A stretch of DNA of 64,000 nucleotides, from contig JAHQWK010000019.1 of the NCBI GenBank assembly GCA_029856145.1, forward strand, positions 1,927 through 65,926, given 5' to 3'. This document shows, one piece after another, positions 21,168 to 31,706 of the stretch; positions within the stretch are counted from its first letter, which is position 1; each line of letters begins with the position of its first letter. Origin of the DNA: Promethearchaeia archaeon. Its GTDB lineage: Archaea > Asgardarchaeota > Lokiarchaeia > Sigyniarchaeales > SOKP01. The notes under the pieces were generated by a model, which made no database searches, had not been told where the DNA came from, and saw nothing but the letters and a program-made list of their open reading frames with translations. The translations under genes were made by a program, and so were the position numbers.

Positions 21168-22748
21168 ATGACATGGCTTAATATTGGTGAAATAATTAAT
21201 GTTAATGCGAATAAATATCCAGACAAACTTGCTTTAAAAGATGCAAGACGACAATTAACATTCAAACAGTTTAATGAAAGAACTAATAAACTTGCCAATG
21301 GAATTCTAAAAAGTGGAATAAAAAAAGGCGATAAATTAGCTGTTTTATCAAATAATTCCATTGAATTTATGGAAATTTATGTAGCTGCTGCTAAAGGAGG
21401 ATTTATAATCGTTCCCTTGAATTTTCGCTTACACCCAGATGATATCTCATTTATAATCAATAATTCAGATGCAAAATGGTTATTTGTAGAATCTCGATTC
21501 TATGAGGCTACAGAAAAAATTTGGGAACGAGCTGAAGAATTAGGATTTGAAGATGTAGAACGTGTACTAATAGCTGATCAACCGGCAGAGGGTTGGAGAT
21601 ATTTTGAAGATATTGTAGAAATAGGAGAAATTACTTATCCATCTGTAAAAGTCAATCCAGAAGATACATGGGTTATTCTCTATACATCCGGGACTACAGG
21701 GAAACCAAAGGGTGTTATTCGATCACATCGCTCTTATATTGCCTTTTTCTTAATTAATGAGGCAGAATTTTCCTTTACCCCTCAAGATTATGGAATGATT
21801 TTGATGCCATTATCTCATGTAAATTCCACGTTCTATTCATTTGTCTTTACTTACCTAGGGGCTTCAGTTTATATCCATATTGAATATAAATTTGAACCTG
21901 AGGAAGTATTAAAAATAATAGATCGAGAGCAAATAACGTTTACATCAATGATACCTACTCATTATAATTTAATATTAAGCCTTCCAGATGAAATAAAACA
22001 AAAATATGATCTTAGCAGTGTAAAAGCATTATTAACTTCTTCAGCACCTGCGACTAAGCAAATGAAGTTAGATGTAATGAACCTCTTTAATAAAACAAAA
22101 CTTTTTGAAGCTTACGGATCAACAGAAGCAGGTCTTGTAACACTCCTCAGACCTGAAGACCAGATGAATAAATTAGGCTCGATTGGAAAAGAATGTATAG
22201 GATCTGATATCATTAAATTATTGGATGAAGAGGGAAATCCAGTACCTCTAGGAGAAATTGGTGAATTATATTCCCGGGGTCCACAAATGTTTGATGAGTA
22301 CTATAAACTACCAGAAAAAACTAAGCAAGCTTTTAAAGGAGAATATTTTAGCGCTGGGGATATGGGTAAAAAAGATAAAGATGGATTTTATACACTTGTA
22401 GACAGAAAGCAGAATATGATAATTACTGGAGGAGAACATGTTTTTCCTTCGGAAGTTGAAAAAGTTGTTGTTTCGCATCCTTTAGTCGTAGAATGTGCAG
22501 TAATTGGATTACAAGATTACAAATGGGGCGAAAGTGTGACAGCTGTGTGTATATTAAATAAAGAAATACCAACTCCAGACGCTTTTAATAAAGAAATGCA
22601 TCAATATTGTGAAGATAAATTAGCCAGATTTAAGATCCCAAAACGTTTTTTATGTATAAATTCCGAAGAAATGCCTAAGACAGGTTCTGGAAAAGTAGTT
22701 CACCGAAGATTACGAGAACGATTTAATAAGCAAATTAATAATAAATAA
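21168..22748 (+). CDS. Acyl/aryl-CoA ligase (ANL superfamily)
   Basis: YTSGTTGKPKG, YGSTE, GD, DRK, PKTGSGK. Confidence 0.93.
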   Translation: MTWLNIGEIINVNANKYPDKLALKDARRQLTFKQFNERTNKLANGILKSGIKKGDKLAVLSNNSIEFMEIYVAAAKGGFIIVPLNFRLHPDDISFIINNSDAKWLFVESRFYEATEKIWERAEELGFEDVERVLIADQPAEGWRYFEDIVEIGEITYPSVKVNPEDTWVILYTSGTTGKPKGVIRSHRSYIAFFLINEAEFSFTPQDYGMILMPLSHVNSTFYSFVFTYLGASVYIHIEYKFEPEEVLKIIDREQITFTSMIPTHYNLILSLPDEIKQKYDLSSVKALLTSSAPATKQMKLDVMNLFNKTKLFEAYGSTEAGLVTLLRPEDQMNKLGSIGKECIGSDIIKLLDEEGNPVPLGEIGELYSRGPQMFDEYYKLPEKTKQAFKGEYFSAGDMGKKDKDGFYTLVDRKQNMIITGGEHVFPSEVEKVVVSHPLVVECAVIGLQDYKWGESVTAVCILNKEIPTPDAFNKEMHQYCEDKLARFKIPKRFLCINSEEMPKTGSGKVVHRRLRERFNKQINNK

Positions 22749-22795
22749 GAAATTATCAAAATAACAATTAAGAAATAAATTAGGTTGTTAAAAAA

Positions 22796-24004
22796 ATGTC
22801 TTTTAAAAAAGCTTACATACCTTATGGCCAATACTGGAGTACTCCTTTTTCAAGGTGGCAAATGAGTTTTCAAAATCTCCATGCTATAAAGTTTGCAGCA
22901 GATATAACAACACGCTTTTTAAATGAAAGGGAAATTTCTCCTAATGACTTTGATGAACTAATATTTGGTATCACAATTCCGCAACTCTATTGTTTCTATG
23001 GAGGCCCTTGGTTAGCAAGTATGATTGGAGCTGAACATGTTACCGGACCTATGATTAGTCAAGCATGTGCTACAGGAACTAATACTATTTCTATCGCTGC
23101 TCAGAATATTGAGACAGGAATAAATAAAAATGTACTTGTAGTAACAGCTGATCGCTGCTCAAATGGGCCTCATCTTGTTTATCCGAATCCACAGGCTCCA
23201 GGTAGCACGGTGGATGCAGAAAGTTGGGTATGGGATAATTTTGGAAGAGATCCTTTTGCTAAAAACTCAATGATTCAAACAGCTGAGAATGTAGCTAAAG
23301 AAGTAGGGATTACTAAAAAGGAACAAGACGAAGTCACTTTGATGCGTTATAATCAATATCAAGATTCTATGAAAGATAATAGAGCTTTTCAAAAGAAATA
23401 TATGATTGAGCCAATCGAGGTTAAAGATCGCTCTGGTCGAAAGGTGCTTGCAACAGTAGAAGGAGATGAGGGGATATTTCCAACAACTATAGAAGGATTA
23501 TCAAAGCTTAGACCCGTACTTCCAGAAGGGACAGTTACATATGGAACTCAAACGCATCCAGGAGATGCTAATTGCGGGGTTATAGTTGCTACAAAAGAAA
23601 AAGCAGATCAATTAAGGAAAAGAGGCGATGTTGAGATTAGGATTGTATCTTATGGAGAACATAAAACAAAGAAAGGATATATGGCAATGGCGATAGTTCC
23701 AGCCGCAAAAAAAGCTTTGGACAATGCTGAGATTACAATAAAAGATGTATCAGTTATTAAAACACATAACCCTTTTGCAGTTAATGATGTATATTTCTGT
23801 AGAGAGATGGATATCGAATGGAAAGATATGAACAATTATGGAAGCTCACTTATATATGGTCATCCTCAAGCACCTACAATGATGAGAATTATTATCGAAT
23901 TAATAGAAGAATTGGTGGAGAAAGGTGGAGGAATCGGTTTAGCCGACGGTTGTGCTGCGGGGGATACTGGTGCAGCTCTGGTCTTAGAAGTTAAAGTAGA
24001 ATGA
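22796..24004 (+). CDS. Thiolase (HNPF variant; candidate 3-oxopimeloyl-CoA/aryl thiolase)
   Basis: QACATG, THNPFA, YGHPQ, GCAAG. Confidence 0.85.
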   Translation: MSFKKAYIPYGQYWSTPFSRWQMSFQNLHAIKFAADITTRFLNEREISPNDFDELIFGITIPQLYCFYGGPWLASMIGAEHVTGPMISQACATGTNTISIAAQNIETGINKNVLVVTADRCSNGPHLVYPNPQAPGSTVDAESWVWDNFGRDPFAKNSMIQTAENVAKEVGITKKEQDEVTLMRYNQYQDSMKDNRAFQKKYMIEPIEVKDRSGRKVLATVEGDEGIFPTTIEGLSKLRPVLPEGTVTYGTQTHPGDANCGVIVATKEKADQLRKRGDVEIRIVSYGEHKTKKGYMAMAIVPAAKKALDNAEITIKDVSVIKTHNPFAVNDVYFCREMDIEWKDMNNYGSSLIYGHPQAPTMMRIIIELIEELVEKGGGIGLADGCAAGDTGAALVLEVKVE

Positions 24005-24065
24005 CTTAAAATCTTATTATTTATTTTTTTAAAAATATAAAAATAACAATAGGAAAGTATGTTTA

Positions 24066-25292
24066 ATGCTTAGAAAGAAAATAGAAGCATCAAAAGAGTT
24101 AAACCAACTCATGTCTGATTATTATCATGAGTTAGATCATGCCTCCAAAGTAAGTGATAAAAAGGTTGCATGGTGTTCTAGTGTTGGTCCAGCTGAAATC
24201 TTAAGGAGCTTAGATTTTGAGGTTTATTTCCCAGAAAATCATAGTGCTATGTTAGGTTCTTCTAGAATGGCCACAGATTTAATTCCATACGCTAACGCAA
24301 TAGGTTATTCTCCTGAAATATGTTCTTATCTTACTGCTGATATAGGTGCTTATTTAAAACAAGTAACTCCATTATCAAAAGCTTATCCCGATATTAAAAG
24401 TGTCCCAAGACCTGATGTGTTGGTGTTTAATACAAACCAATGTAGAGAGGTCCAAGATTGGTTTGGTTGGTACGCAAATAAATTTAAAGTGCCATTAGTA
24501 GGTATTTCTACACCCAGAACTGTGAATAAAGTTACAAATGCACATGTTACCTTTGTAGCACAACAGATGGAAGAGCTTATTGAACAATTAGAACATATTT
24601 CAATCACTAAATTTGATCTTAATAAACTTAAAGAGATTTTATCACTCTCACGTGAATGCTCTGAACTTTGGAAAAAAGTTTTAGAAACAGCAGCTACTAT
24701 ACCTTCACCTTTTACCTTCTTTGATGGAACTATTCATATGGGACCTGCTGTAGTTATGAGAGGGACTCAACAAGCTGTAGATTATTATAAGATTCTATTA
24801 GTAGAATTACAAGATAGAGTAAAAAATCACATTGGAGCAGTAGATGGTGAGCGTTTTAGACTTTATTGGGAAGGAATGCCTATTTGGGGAAGACTGAGAC
24901 ACTATTCTGAAATATTTGCAAGCCTTAAAGCATGTGTTGTTGCATCAACTTATTGTAATAGTTGGATTTTTTCAGCTTTTAATGAAAATGATCCTTTTAG
25001 AAGTATGGCAAAAGCATATACTGAACTATTCATCGTACGTTCTGATGAATATAAAGAAGAATATCTAAAAAAAATGATAGAATTCTTTAAAATTGATGGA
25101 GTTATTTTCCACGATGCAAAGACATGTCCACATAATACTAACTCCCGGTATGGTATGCCCCAAAGACTCGAAAAAGAAATAAAAGTGCCGAATTTGGTAA
25201 TAAATGGAGACTTAAATGACTTAAGATGCCTTTCGGATGAACAATCACGAACAAGTATCGAAGCTTTTATTGAACAATTGGAAGAGAGTTAA
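24066..25292 (+). CDS. 2-hydroxyacyl-CoA dehydratase/BCR-family Fe-S subunit
   Basis: PENH, EICSY, NQC, HDAKTC, IEAFIEQL. Confidence 0.88.
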   Translation: MLRKKIEASKELNQLMSDYYHELDHASKVSDKKVAWCSSVGPAEILRSLDFEVYFPENHSAMLGSSRMATDLIPYANAIGYSPEICSYLTADIGAYLKQVTPLSKAYPDIKSVPRPDVLVFNTNQCREVQDWFGWYANKFKVPLVGISTPRTVNKVTNAHVTFVAQQMEELIEQLEHISITKFDLNKLKEILSLSRECSELWKKVLETAATIPSPFTFFDGTIHMGPAVVMRGTQQAVDYYKILLVELQDRVKNHIGAVDGERFRLYWEGMPIWGRLRHYSEIFASLKACVVASTYCNSWIFSAFNENDPFRSMAKAYTELFIVRSDEYKEEYLKKMIEFFKIDGVIFHDAKTCPHNTNSRYGMPQRLEKEIKVPNLVINGDLNDLRCLSDEQSRTSIEAFIEQLEES

Positions 25293-25352
25293 ATATAGTA
25301 TAATTTTTAAAGAATTGTGAATAAGAAATTTTGAAAATACCTTAAATGAGAG

Positions 25353-25832
25353 TTGCTAGAAATGGTTGATAAAATAAAAGCTATTGAAATTAAAAATTAT
25401 ATTGGTAAGGAATTTAAAACTCCTTGGATCCAAGTTACTCAAGAAGCTATAGATAAATTTGCTGATCTTACGAAAGACCATCAATTTATCCATGTTAATC
25501 CTGAAATGGCTAAGAGATCGATTTATGGAGAGACTGTTGCACATGGTTTTTATGTTTTATCTATGCTTGGATTTTTCACTTTACAAGATGGAGAGCGAGA
25601 ATCCATGCAATTCTACGTAACTGATGCGAAGGCGGTAATTAATTATGGATTTGATAAGATAAGATTTATATCCGCTGTTCCTGTTGGTGGATTAATTCGA
25701 GACGTAACTTATATTTCTAAAGTTGAATTAGTTAAAAGAGGATTGAAATTCACGTCTCATCATACAATCGAAGTTCGAGGACAATCTAAACCAGCACTTA
25801 TTTGTGACTGGATTAATTTGCTAATTTTGTAA
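25353..25832 (+). CDS. MaoC/NodN-family dehydratase
   Basis: FADLTKDHQFIH, TVAHGF, INYGFDKIRF. Confidence 0.9.
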   Translation: MLEMVDKIKAIEIKNYIGKEFKTPWIQVTQEAIDKFADLTKDHQFIHVNPEMAKRSIYGETVAHGFYVLSMLGFFTLQDGERESMQFYVTDAKAVINYGFDKIRFISAVPVGGLIRDVTYISKVELVKRGLKFTSHHTIEVRGQSKPALICDWINLLIL

Positions 25833-25844
25833 AGTTTGTTTTTT

Positions 25845-26126
25845 TTAACCCCCAATTAAAGGAGGGGATATAACTATTTGATCTCCATCTTTCAATTTTG
25901 TGGTTAACTCATCTAAAAATAGATAATTCCTCCCATTTATCAAAATTACTACGTGGCTCTCTAATTTTCCTTTTGAGTTTATAAAAATTTTACGTATTTT
26001 GTTTCCATGTTCACTCATGAATAGATCGATGACATCACCTAATGTCTCAACACCGGAATAATCGATCTGAGATAATCCGACATCAGTAGAAAATATTGCC
26101 ATTAACTTTAATATGACATTTGCCAT
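25845..26126 (-). CDS. MoaD/SAMP ubiquitin-like sulfur carrier
   Basis: ILINGR, L.T.LKDGD, C-terminal PPLIGG. Confidence 0.9.
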   Translation of the reverse strand: MANVILKLMAIFSTDVGLSQIDYSGVETLGDVIDLFMSEHGNKIRKIFINSKGKLESHVVILINGRNYLFLDELTTKLKDGDQIVISPPLIGG

Positions 26127-26257
26127 TAAATCTTTAATATTCTATTGGTGTTAAAAATTTTATTCAATAGAATTATAAAGATTAATCATAAGGTTAAAAA
26201 TTATATATTAATATTTTCAAATAAAGTATTATAAATCTCTCAATTCAAGTGAAGTGA

Positions 26258-27808
26258 ATGAATTTCAAAAATGAAATCATCAAAGAATTAAATCAGATAC
26301 TAAAAAAAGGTCAAGTGTTAACAGATTTAGAAGACCTTTATGTGTATTCTTTTGAAAAAATCTTTTTGGATCAGCTTAACATAAAACCTGATATTGTGGT
26401 TAGAGTTTCCTCTTTGGTCGAAGAGAATGAGCTAAAAAAATTAGCCAAAAAAGAGGATTTCATCTTAATTGAGAGGGGAAAAAGCATTGTACCAATTTTA
26501 AACAAATCTTCAAAACCTATAGTTTTATTAGATAATGTGGAAATTCCTAAACTCGAAAGTTGCCTTGATGAAACGAATCAAAAAGATGATTTAATCACAA
26601 GTTTAAACAAATTCCCTATAAGTGGGTATGGAACTTATAGAAATCTTGCTTCAGCGGTCCAGAATTTACTTATAGGAAAAACATTAAATAAATGTCAAAA
26701 ATGTACGACGTGTAGTGGTTATTGCACAGTAAGTCCTTCTTTTAATGGAGTTGAGACGTTGTCATCGAAAGGAAGAATGCTTATTACTAAGGGTATTATG
26801 AAAGGCGATTTAACTTTTTCAGAGAAGATTGTTGATATTTTATATAACTGTACAGAATGTGGTCTTTGTTTTGCCCAATGTTTTCAAGATCTAGAGTTTC
26901 ACGAGGCAATACTTTATTTAAGACATAAAATAGCCGAAAATAATTTGGTCCCACAAATTTTTCATACAGCAGCCAGTAACATTTTTGAACATGGAGATCC
27001 TAGTGCTATACCAGTTAACCGTCGACTTTCAAGGGTAAAAAATTATTCCAAATTGAATTTGCCAGAAAAAGCAGAAAACCTTTGTTGGTTAGGGTGTACA
27101 GTTGCAACTCGAACTCCAAAAACAGCTGAATCATTTATCAATATTTTAAACCATGTTGACATTGATTTCACGATGCTAGGAGAAGAAGAGGGATGCTGTG
27201 GTTATGTTTTAATTTCATCAGGGTTATGGGAAGAAGCAAAAAAAGTTGCGAAGAGAGTTATTGAAAGAGTTGAAAAAACCAAGGCTAAATCTTTAATAAC
27301 ATCTTGTTCTGGTTGTTATTACACTTTCACAAGACTCTATCCTGAAATTCTAGATGTTCAAATGCCGTGTGAGATCCTCCATACGTCTCAATTTTTTGAG
27401 AAAATGATAAAAAATGAAAAAATTAAGCTTAAACCTTTAGACATAAGTGTTACTTATCATGATCCTTGTTCACTTGGAAGGCATAGTAATGTCTACGATG
27501 CACCACGTAATATATTGAAAGCAATTCCCCGTTTAAAACTTATTGAAATGTCAATGAATAGAAATTGCGCGAGATGTTGTGGAGGTGGGGGGGGATTATG
27601 GTCGTTTAATAACAAGGTTAGTTTAGAATCAACAAAAACAAGACTTAAGGAAGATTTAGCTCCTACAAATGTTAATATTTTAACGACTGCTTGTCCTCAA
27701 TGTCAATTAAACTTCCGGTTTGCTTCTCGTACTAAAGCTCTTGCTAATAAATCATTAAAAATCTATGATATTACAGAATTATTTGAATTAGCAATGAATT
27801 TTGAATGA
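26258..27808 (+). CDS. HdrD/GlcF-type Fe-S oxidoreductase (2 CCG domains) with partial FAD-oxidase-like N-terminus
   Basis: CTECGLC..C, EGCCG, YHDPC.LGR, CCGGGGG, TACPQC. N-terminal EDLYVYS..PDIVV..RG. Confidence 0.85.
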   Translation: MNFKNEIIKELNQILKKGQVLTDLEDLYVYSFEKIFLDQLNIKPDIVVRVSSLVEENELKKLAKKEDFILIERGKSIVPILNKSSKPIVLLDNVEIPKLESCLDETNQKDDLITSLNKFPISGYGTYRNLASAVQNLLIGKTLNKCQKCTTCSGYCTVSPSFNGVETLSSKGRMLITKGIMKGDLTFSEKIVDILYNCTECGLCFAQCFQDLEFHEAILYLRHKIAENNLVPQIFHTAASNIFEHGDPSAIPVNRRLSRVKNYSKLNLPEKAENLCWLGCTVATRTPKTAESFINILNHVDIDFTMLGEEEGCCGYVLISSGLWEEAKKVAKRVIERVEKTKAKSLITSCSGCYYTFTRLYPEILDVQMPCEILHTSQFFEKMIKNEKIKLKPLDISVTYHDPCSLGRHSNVYDAPRNILKAIPRLKLIEMSMNRNCARCCGGGGGLWSFNNKVSLESTKTRLKEDLAPTNVNILTTACPQCQLNFRFASRTKALANKSLKIYDITELFELAMNFE

Positions 27809-27815
27809 TTTGATC

Positions 27816-27971
27816 TTATTTTGCCAAACCTCGAACCTTTGGTTGGCCTGGCCATGGCCAAGAAATTCTATATTTGATATTACAGTGAGGACAAGTTGCT
27901 TCTTTGGCATTTGGTTGAACTGGAAAACGTTCAAGACAATTCAGACATCTACACTTAAGATTTTCACTCAT
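27816..27971 (-). CDS. 51-aa zinc-ribbon protein (not in ORF track)
   Basis: Manual translation MSENLKCRCLNCLERFPVQPNAKEATCPHCNIKYRISWPWPGQPKVRGLAK. GTGAT SD-like motif upstream. Confidence 0.75.
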   Translation of the reverse strand: MSENLKCRCLNCLERFPVQPNAKEATCPHCNIKYRISWPWPGQPKVRGLAK

Positions 27972-28307
27972 ATATTCATCACTTCTTTATATAAAATTTC
28001 AAGTAAATCTAATAGTTTTTAAGGCTTTTATAGTAATTAATTTGTTTTCTTAATTCTTAAATTGTTGTTAAATGGGTTCTATTATATTAATTTAAAGTAA
28101 ATTACTAATTATTAGTTTTCGTTGAAATATTTAAATCTGATGGATAATTTAAATAAAAAGTAAAAATTTTTAATTTTTCAAGTGAATACTAATATTAAAA
28201 TTGATTCTGAGTTTAATTCTGTAATATATGTGGGTACATATTCCCATCGCACTGAAAAGAATAGTGATTTACGATAAAACGAAATCAAGAGGTAAGGGTG
28301 AAAAATT

Positions 28308-30197
28308 ATAGTTTGGAATAAAGAGATTGCTTATATTGATTTATCTACTGGTGAAATAATAAAAAAACAGATTCCAAAATCAATTCGAGAGCAATTTTTA
28401 GGGGGTAGAGGTATAAATATGTATCTTCTATACAATCACCTCTCACCTGGAACTGATCCTTTAAGCCCTGAAAATATATTACTTATAGGTGCAGGTTTAC
28501 TTACTGGAATCCCCGCAATGGGGAGCGGAAGATGTGATATCGCGGCAAAATCACCTATAACTGGTGCTATTGGCGATTCAAATGTAGGAGGATTTTTTGC
28601 ACCCGAAATGAGAATGGCTGGATTAGATCATTTGGTTATAACAGGAAAAGCTGAAAAACCGAGCTATCTTTGGATACATGATGGAGATATAGAAATATTA
28701 GATGCAAGCCATCTATGGGGAAAGGACACATTTGAAACGCAAAGCTTAATCCGCTCGGATCACGGAGATGAAGAAATCAAATCTTTAGTAATAGGTAGAG
28801 CAGGAGAAAATCTTGTACGTTTTGCTAATATAAGAACTGGGATGAAAAACTCTGCTGGACGAACTGGTATGGGTTGTGTTATGGGCTCAAAGAATTTAAA
28901 GGCAATAGCCGCTCGTGGAACTATGGATATTGAATTTGCTTATCCAGAGGAATTATTAGCTTATTGTAAAGAAATGATCGATATGGTTATGAAGAATCGA
29001 TATTCTAGAGCCGCATCAAAGTGGGGTACTCTTATTATATATAGTACTACAAATACTACAGGATTGATTCGAACTAGAAACTTTCAGTTAAATCAGTTGG
29101 AGCAAGGTTGGGATATTGAACCTGAAGAAATGGATAAATATACAGTTGGAATGTCGGGCTGTTATGGATGTCCTGTGAGCTGTCGCCATCGTTATACTTT
29201 GAAAGAAGGTTCTTTTGCTCCTATTTTTGCAGAAGGGCCAGAATACACTTCTTTAGGAGCATTTGGTACAATGGTTGATTGTAAAAAAATGGAAACTATT
29301 CTTGTGGCAAACCATCTAGTTAACAAGTATGGCTTGGATACATTAGAAACTGGGGGACTCATCGCTTGGGCAATGGAACTGTATGAGAAGGGAATACTCA
29401 CTGAAAAAAAGACAGATGGACTAAAACTTGAATGGGGTAATGAAGAAGTTCTTTATGAGCTAATCCGAAAAATTGCCTATCGTGAAGGTTTTGGGGATGT
29501 ACTTGCTGATGGATTCAAGATAGCAATCCCTAAGATAGGCGAAGAATCTAGATATTATGCTATTGAAGTAAAAGGTATGAGTAATTTACATTCAGATGAA
29601 CGTCCTACGCCTAGCTTGGCATTGGGTATTACCACATCAACGAGAGGTGCTGATCATTTGAGAGGGCGTCCAGCTATAGATCTGTATGGATTACCAGAAG
29701 ATTATCTAGAGGAGATATATGGAGGAAAAATATCTTCAGATTATCGATCTTATGAAGGAAAGAGTCGCATGGTATGGTGGCAAGAACTCTTGTATGCAGT
29801 TACAGATTCAATTGGTACATGCAAGTTTCAAACAGTTTTTTTAGCTGTTCATGCTCCAAAATGGGAGGAGTACTCAAAACTAATCTATTTAGTTTCAGGG
29901 ATGCAGTATTCACGCTCTCAACTCATGGATATTGGTGAAAGAATTTACACTCTTGAAAGAATGTTCAATAATAGAGAAGGTTTTTCAAGAAAAGATGATA
30001 CTCTACCAGAAAGATACTTCGAAGAACCAACTCCTATAGGATTACCACGAGTGAAAGGACTAAAAATCGATAGAGAAAAATTTGAAAAAATGCTCGATGA
30101 ACATTATAACCTTCATGGTTGGGATAATAAAGGAGTTCCTACTGAAAAAACTCTCCGAAGACTAGGGATTGAAAAAGAACCAACTCATATTATTTAA
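28308..30197 (+). CDS. aor: Tungsten-containing aldehyde:ferredoxin oxidoreductase family protein; start extended to a non-canonical ATA/ATT
   Basis: In-frame extension VWNKEIAYIDLSTGE..FLGGRG upstream of ATG 28419. KSP.TG, AGRTGMGCVMGSKNLKA, CYGCPVSC, GPEY, GLD, RGADH. Confidence 0.9.
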   Translation: MVWNKEIAYIDLSTGEIIKKQIPKSIREQFLGGRGINMYLLYNHLSPGTDPLSPENILLIGAGLLTGIPAMGSGRCDIAAKSPITGAIGDSNVGGFFAPEMRMAGLDHLVITGKAEKPSYLWIHDGDIEILDASHLWGKDTFETQSLIRSDHGDEEIKSLVIGRAGENLVRFANIRTGMKNSAGRTGMGCVMGSKNLKAIAARGTMDIEFAYPEELLAYCKEMIDMVMKNRYSRAASKWGTLIIYSTTNTTGLIRTRNFQLNQLEQGWDIEPEEMDKYTVGMSGCYGCPVSCRHRYTLKEGSFAPIFAEGPEYTSLGAFGTMVDCKKMETILVANHLVNKYGLDTLETGGLIAWAMELYEKGILTEKKTDGLKLEWGNEEVLYELIRKIAYREGFGDVLADGFKIAIPKIGEESRYYAIEVKGMSNLHSDERPTPSLALGITTSTRGADHLRGRPAIDLYGLPEDYLEEIYGGKISSDYRSYEGKSRMVWWQELLYAVTDSIGTCKFQTVFLAVHAPKWEEYSKLIYLVSGMQYSRSQLMDIGERIYTLERMFNNREGFSRKDDTLPERYFEEPTPIGLPRVKGLKIDREKFEKMLDEHYNLHGWDNKGVPTEKTLRRLGIEKEPTHII

Positions 30198-30213
30198 AAT
30201 TGAGGGATATCAA

Positions 30214-30702
30214 ATGCAAAAAATATTATTTGTCGATCCGGAAAAATGTACTGGATGTAGGCTATGTGAAAATGCATGTTCTCTCTTTCATGAAAAAGTT
30301 AGTAATCCCTCTCGAGCAAGAATTCATATTGTAAAATGGGAAAATGCTGGTTTATATGTGCCAATGATTTGTCAGCAATGTGAAACACCTATTTGCGAAA
30401 TTGTGTGTCCTATGGGAGCTATAAGTAGAAATGAAAAGACAGGGGCAGTGATTATCAATGAAGATTTATGTGTAGGATGTAACCTTTGCGTAACTTTTTG
30501 TCCACTTGGTGGAGTAGGAATTAATAAGAATAGAAAGATTATAAAATGCGATCTTTGTGAGGGTGACCCTATATGCGTAAAATTTTGCCAACCTGGTGCC
30601 CTTCAATTTATAGATGCTAATACTATTAATCTAAAAAAAAGAAGAATTGCAGCAGAAAAATTATCAGAATTAATGAAAAAATTGTTAGATGTATCAATAT
30701 AA
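30214..30702 (+). CDS. 4x[4Fe-4S] electron-transfer subunit partnering AOR
   Basis: CTGCRLCENAC, CQQCETPIC..CP, CVGCNLC..CP, KCDLC. Confidence 0.9.
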   Translation: MQKILFVDPEKCTGCRLCENACSLFHEKVSNPSRARIHIVKWENAGLYVPMICQQCETPICEIVCPMGAISRNEKTGAVIINEDLCVGCNLCVTFCPLGGVGINKNRKIIKCDLCEGDPICVKFCQPGALQFIDANTINLKKRRIAAEKLSELMKKLLDVSI

Positions 30703-30735
30703 AGATTTTTTATGAATATTTAAAGAGGATTCAAT

Positions 30736-31683
30736 ATGCAGGAAAAATTTAAAATTGGAATAATTGGTATTGGACCAACTGGGGGGATTTTAGCAGCACA
30801 ACTTGTTAAAGCAGGACACAACGTGGTTCTTGTTGATATCAATAAAAGCCATATGGATAAGATAAAAAAGAATGGATTAACTTTAACGAACCTCAATGAT
30901 TTCAATGTGAAATTCCCAAAAGAAAACATATGCTATTCGATAGATGAGCTGGAAAATAAAGAACTAGATACTTTATTCATCGCTGTAAAAGCATCTCATC
31001 TTGAGGAGATTTTACCACAAATAAAAAAAATAATGGAACCCAACACAACCATAATTAGCTTACAGAACGGTTTTGATACTGAGGAACTTATTGCAGAGTA
31101 TGTAGGAGAAGAAAATACGATTCGTATTGTTGTTAACTATGCTGGAAATATTTTAGAGGATGGAGTCATAAGGATGTCATTTTTTAATCCACCAAACTAC
31201 TTAGGTGTATTAGTTACTGAAGCTGAAGACAAAGCCAAAAAACTAGCAGAAATCATCAATTCAGCAGGATTAGAAACTGTATATACTCCAGATATCAAAA
31301 AATATGAATGGACAAAATGTATACTTAACACAATAAGCCCTGTTTGCGTTGTCACCCGTACGACTATGAAGCAAACAATGGGATTTGAAGACACAAGAAA
31401 GATTTGCCGAGAAATATTACGCGAAGGAATTGAAGTTGCACGTGCGCGAGGTCTTAATTTTGAACCAGATTTTTTAGATAAATGTATGAGCTACTTGGAT
31501 AAAGCAGGACACCATAGAGTTTCAATGGAAGCTGATATTAATGCTGGAAATCCATCAGAAATAGGATATCTTAATGGAAAAATAGTAGAATATGGAGAAC
31601 TCGAAGGAATACCGACACTTTATAACAAAATATTCGTTTCGTTAATTAAAGGATGCGAATTACCTCCTGTAAATCGTGATTAA
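30736..31683 (+). CDS. panE: Ketopantoate reductase/2-ketoacid reductase family
   Basis: GIGPTG, AVKA, SLQNG, WTK..LN, SM..D..G.PSEI..LNG. Confidence 0.85.
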   Translation: MQEKFKIGIIGIGPTGGILAAQLVKAGHNVVLVDINKSHMDKIKKNGLTLTNLNDFNVKFPKENICYSIDELENKELDTLFIAVKASHLEEILPQIKKIMEPNTTIISLQNGFDTEELIAEYVGEENTIRIVVNYAGNILEDGVIRMSFFNPPNYLGVLVTEAEDKAKKLAEIINSAGLETVYTPDIKKYEWTKCILNTISPVCVVTRTTMKQTMGFEDTRKICREILREGIEVARARGLNFEPDFLDKCMSYLDKAGHHRVSMEADINAGNPSEIGYLNGKIVEYGELEGIPTLYNKIFVSLIKGCELPPVNRD

Positions 31684-31706
31684 ATAAATTCGATTAATGC
31701 TAAACT

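Noticed and set aside
27801-28022. 73-aa plus-strand ORF from the track
   Set aside because: It is the antisense shadow of the minus-strand zinc-ribbon ORF 27816-27971.
28308-30197. Class II (W-dependent) benzoyl-CoA reductase BamB
   Set aside because: It retains ordinary AOR motifs (CxxCPxxC, GPEY, GLD, RGADH), has no BamDE/F-I neighbours, and a class I BCR is already present.
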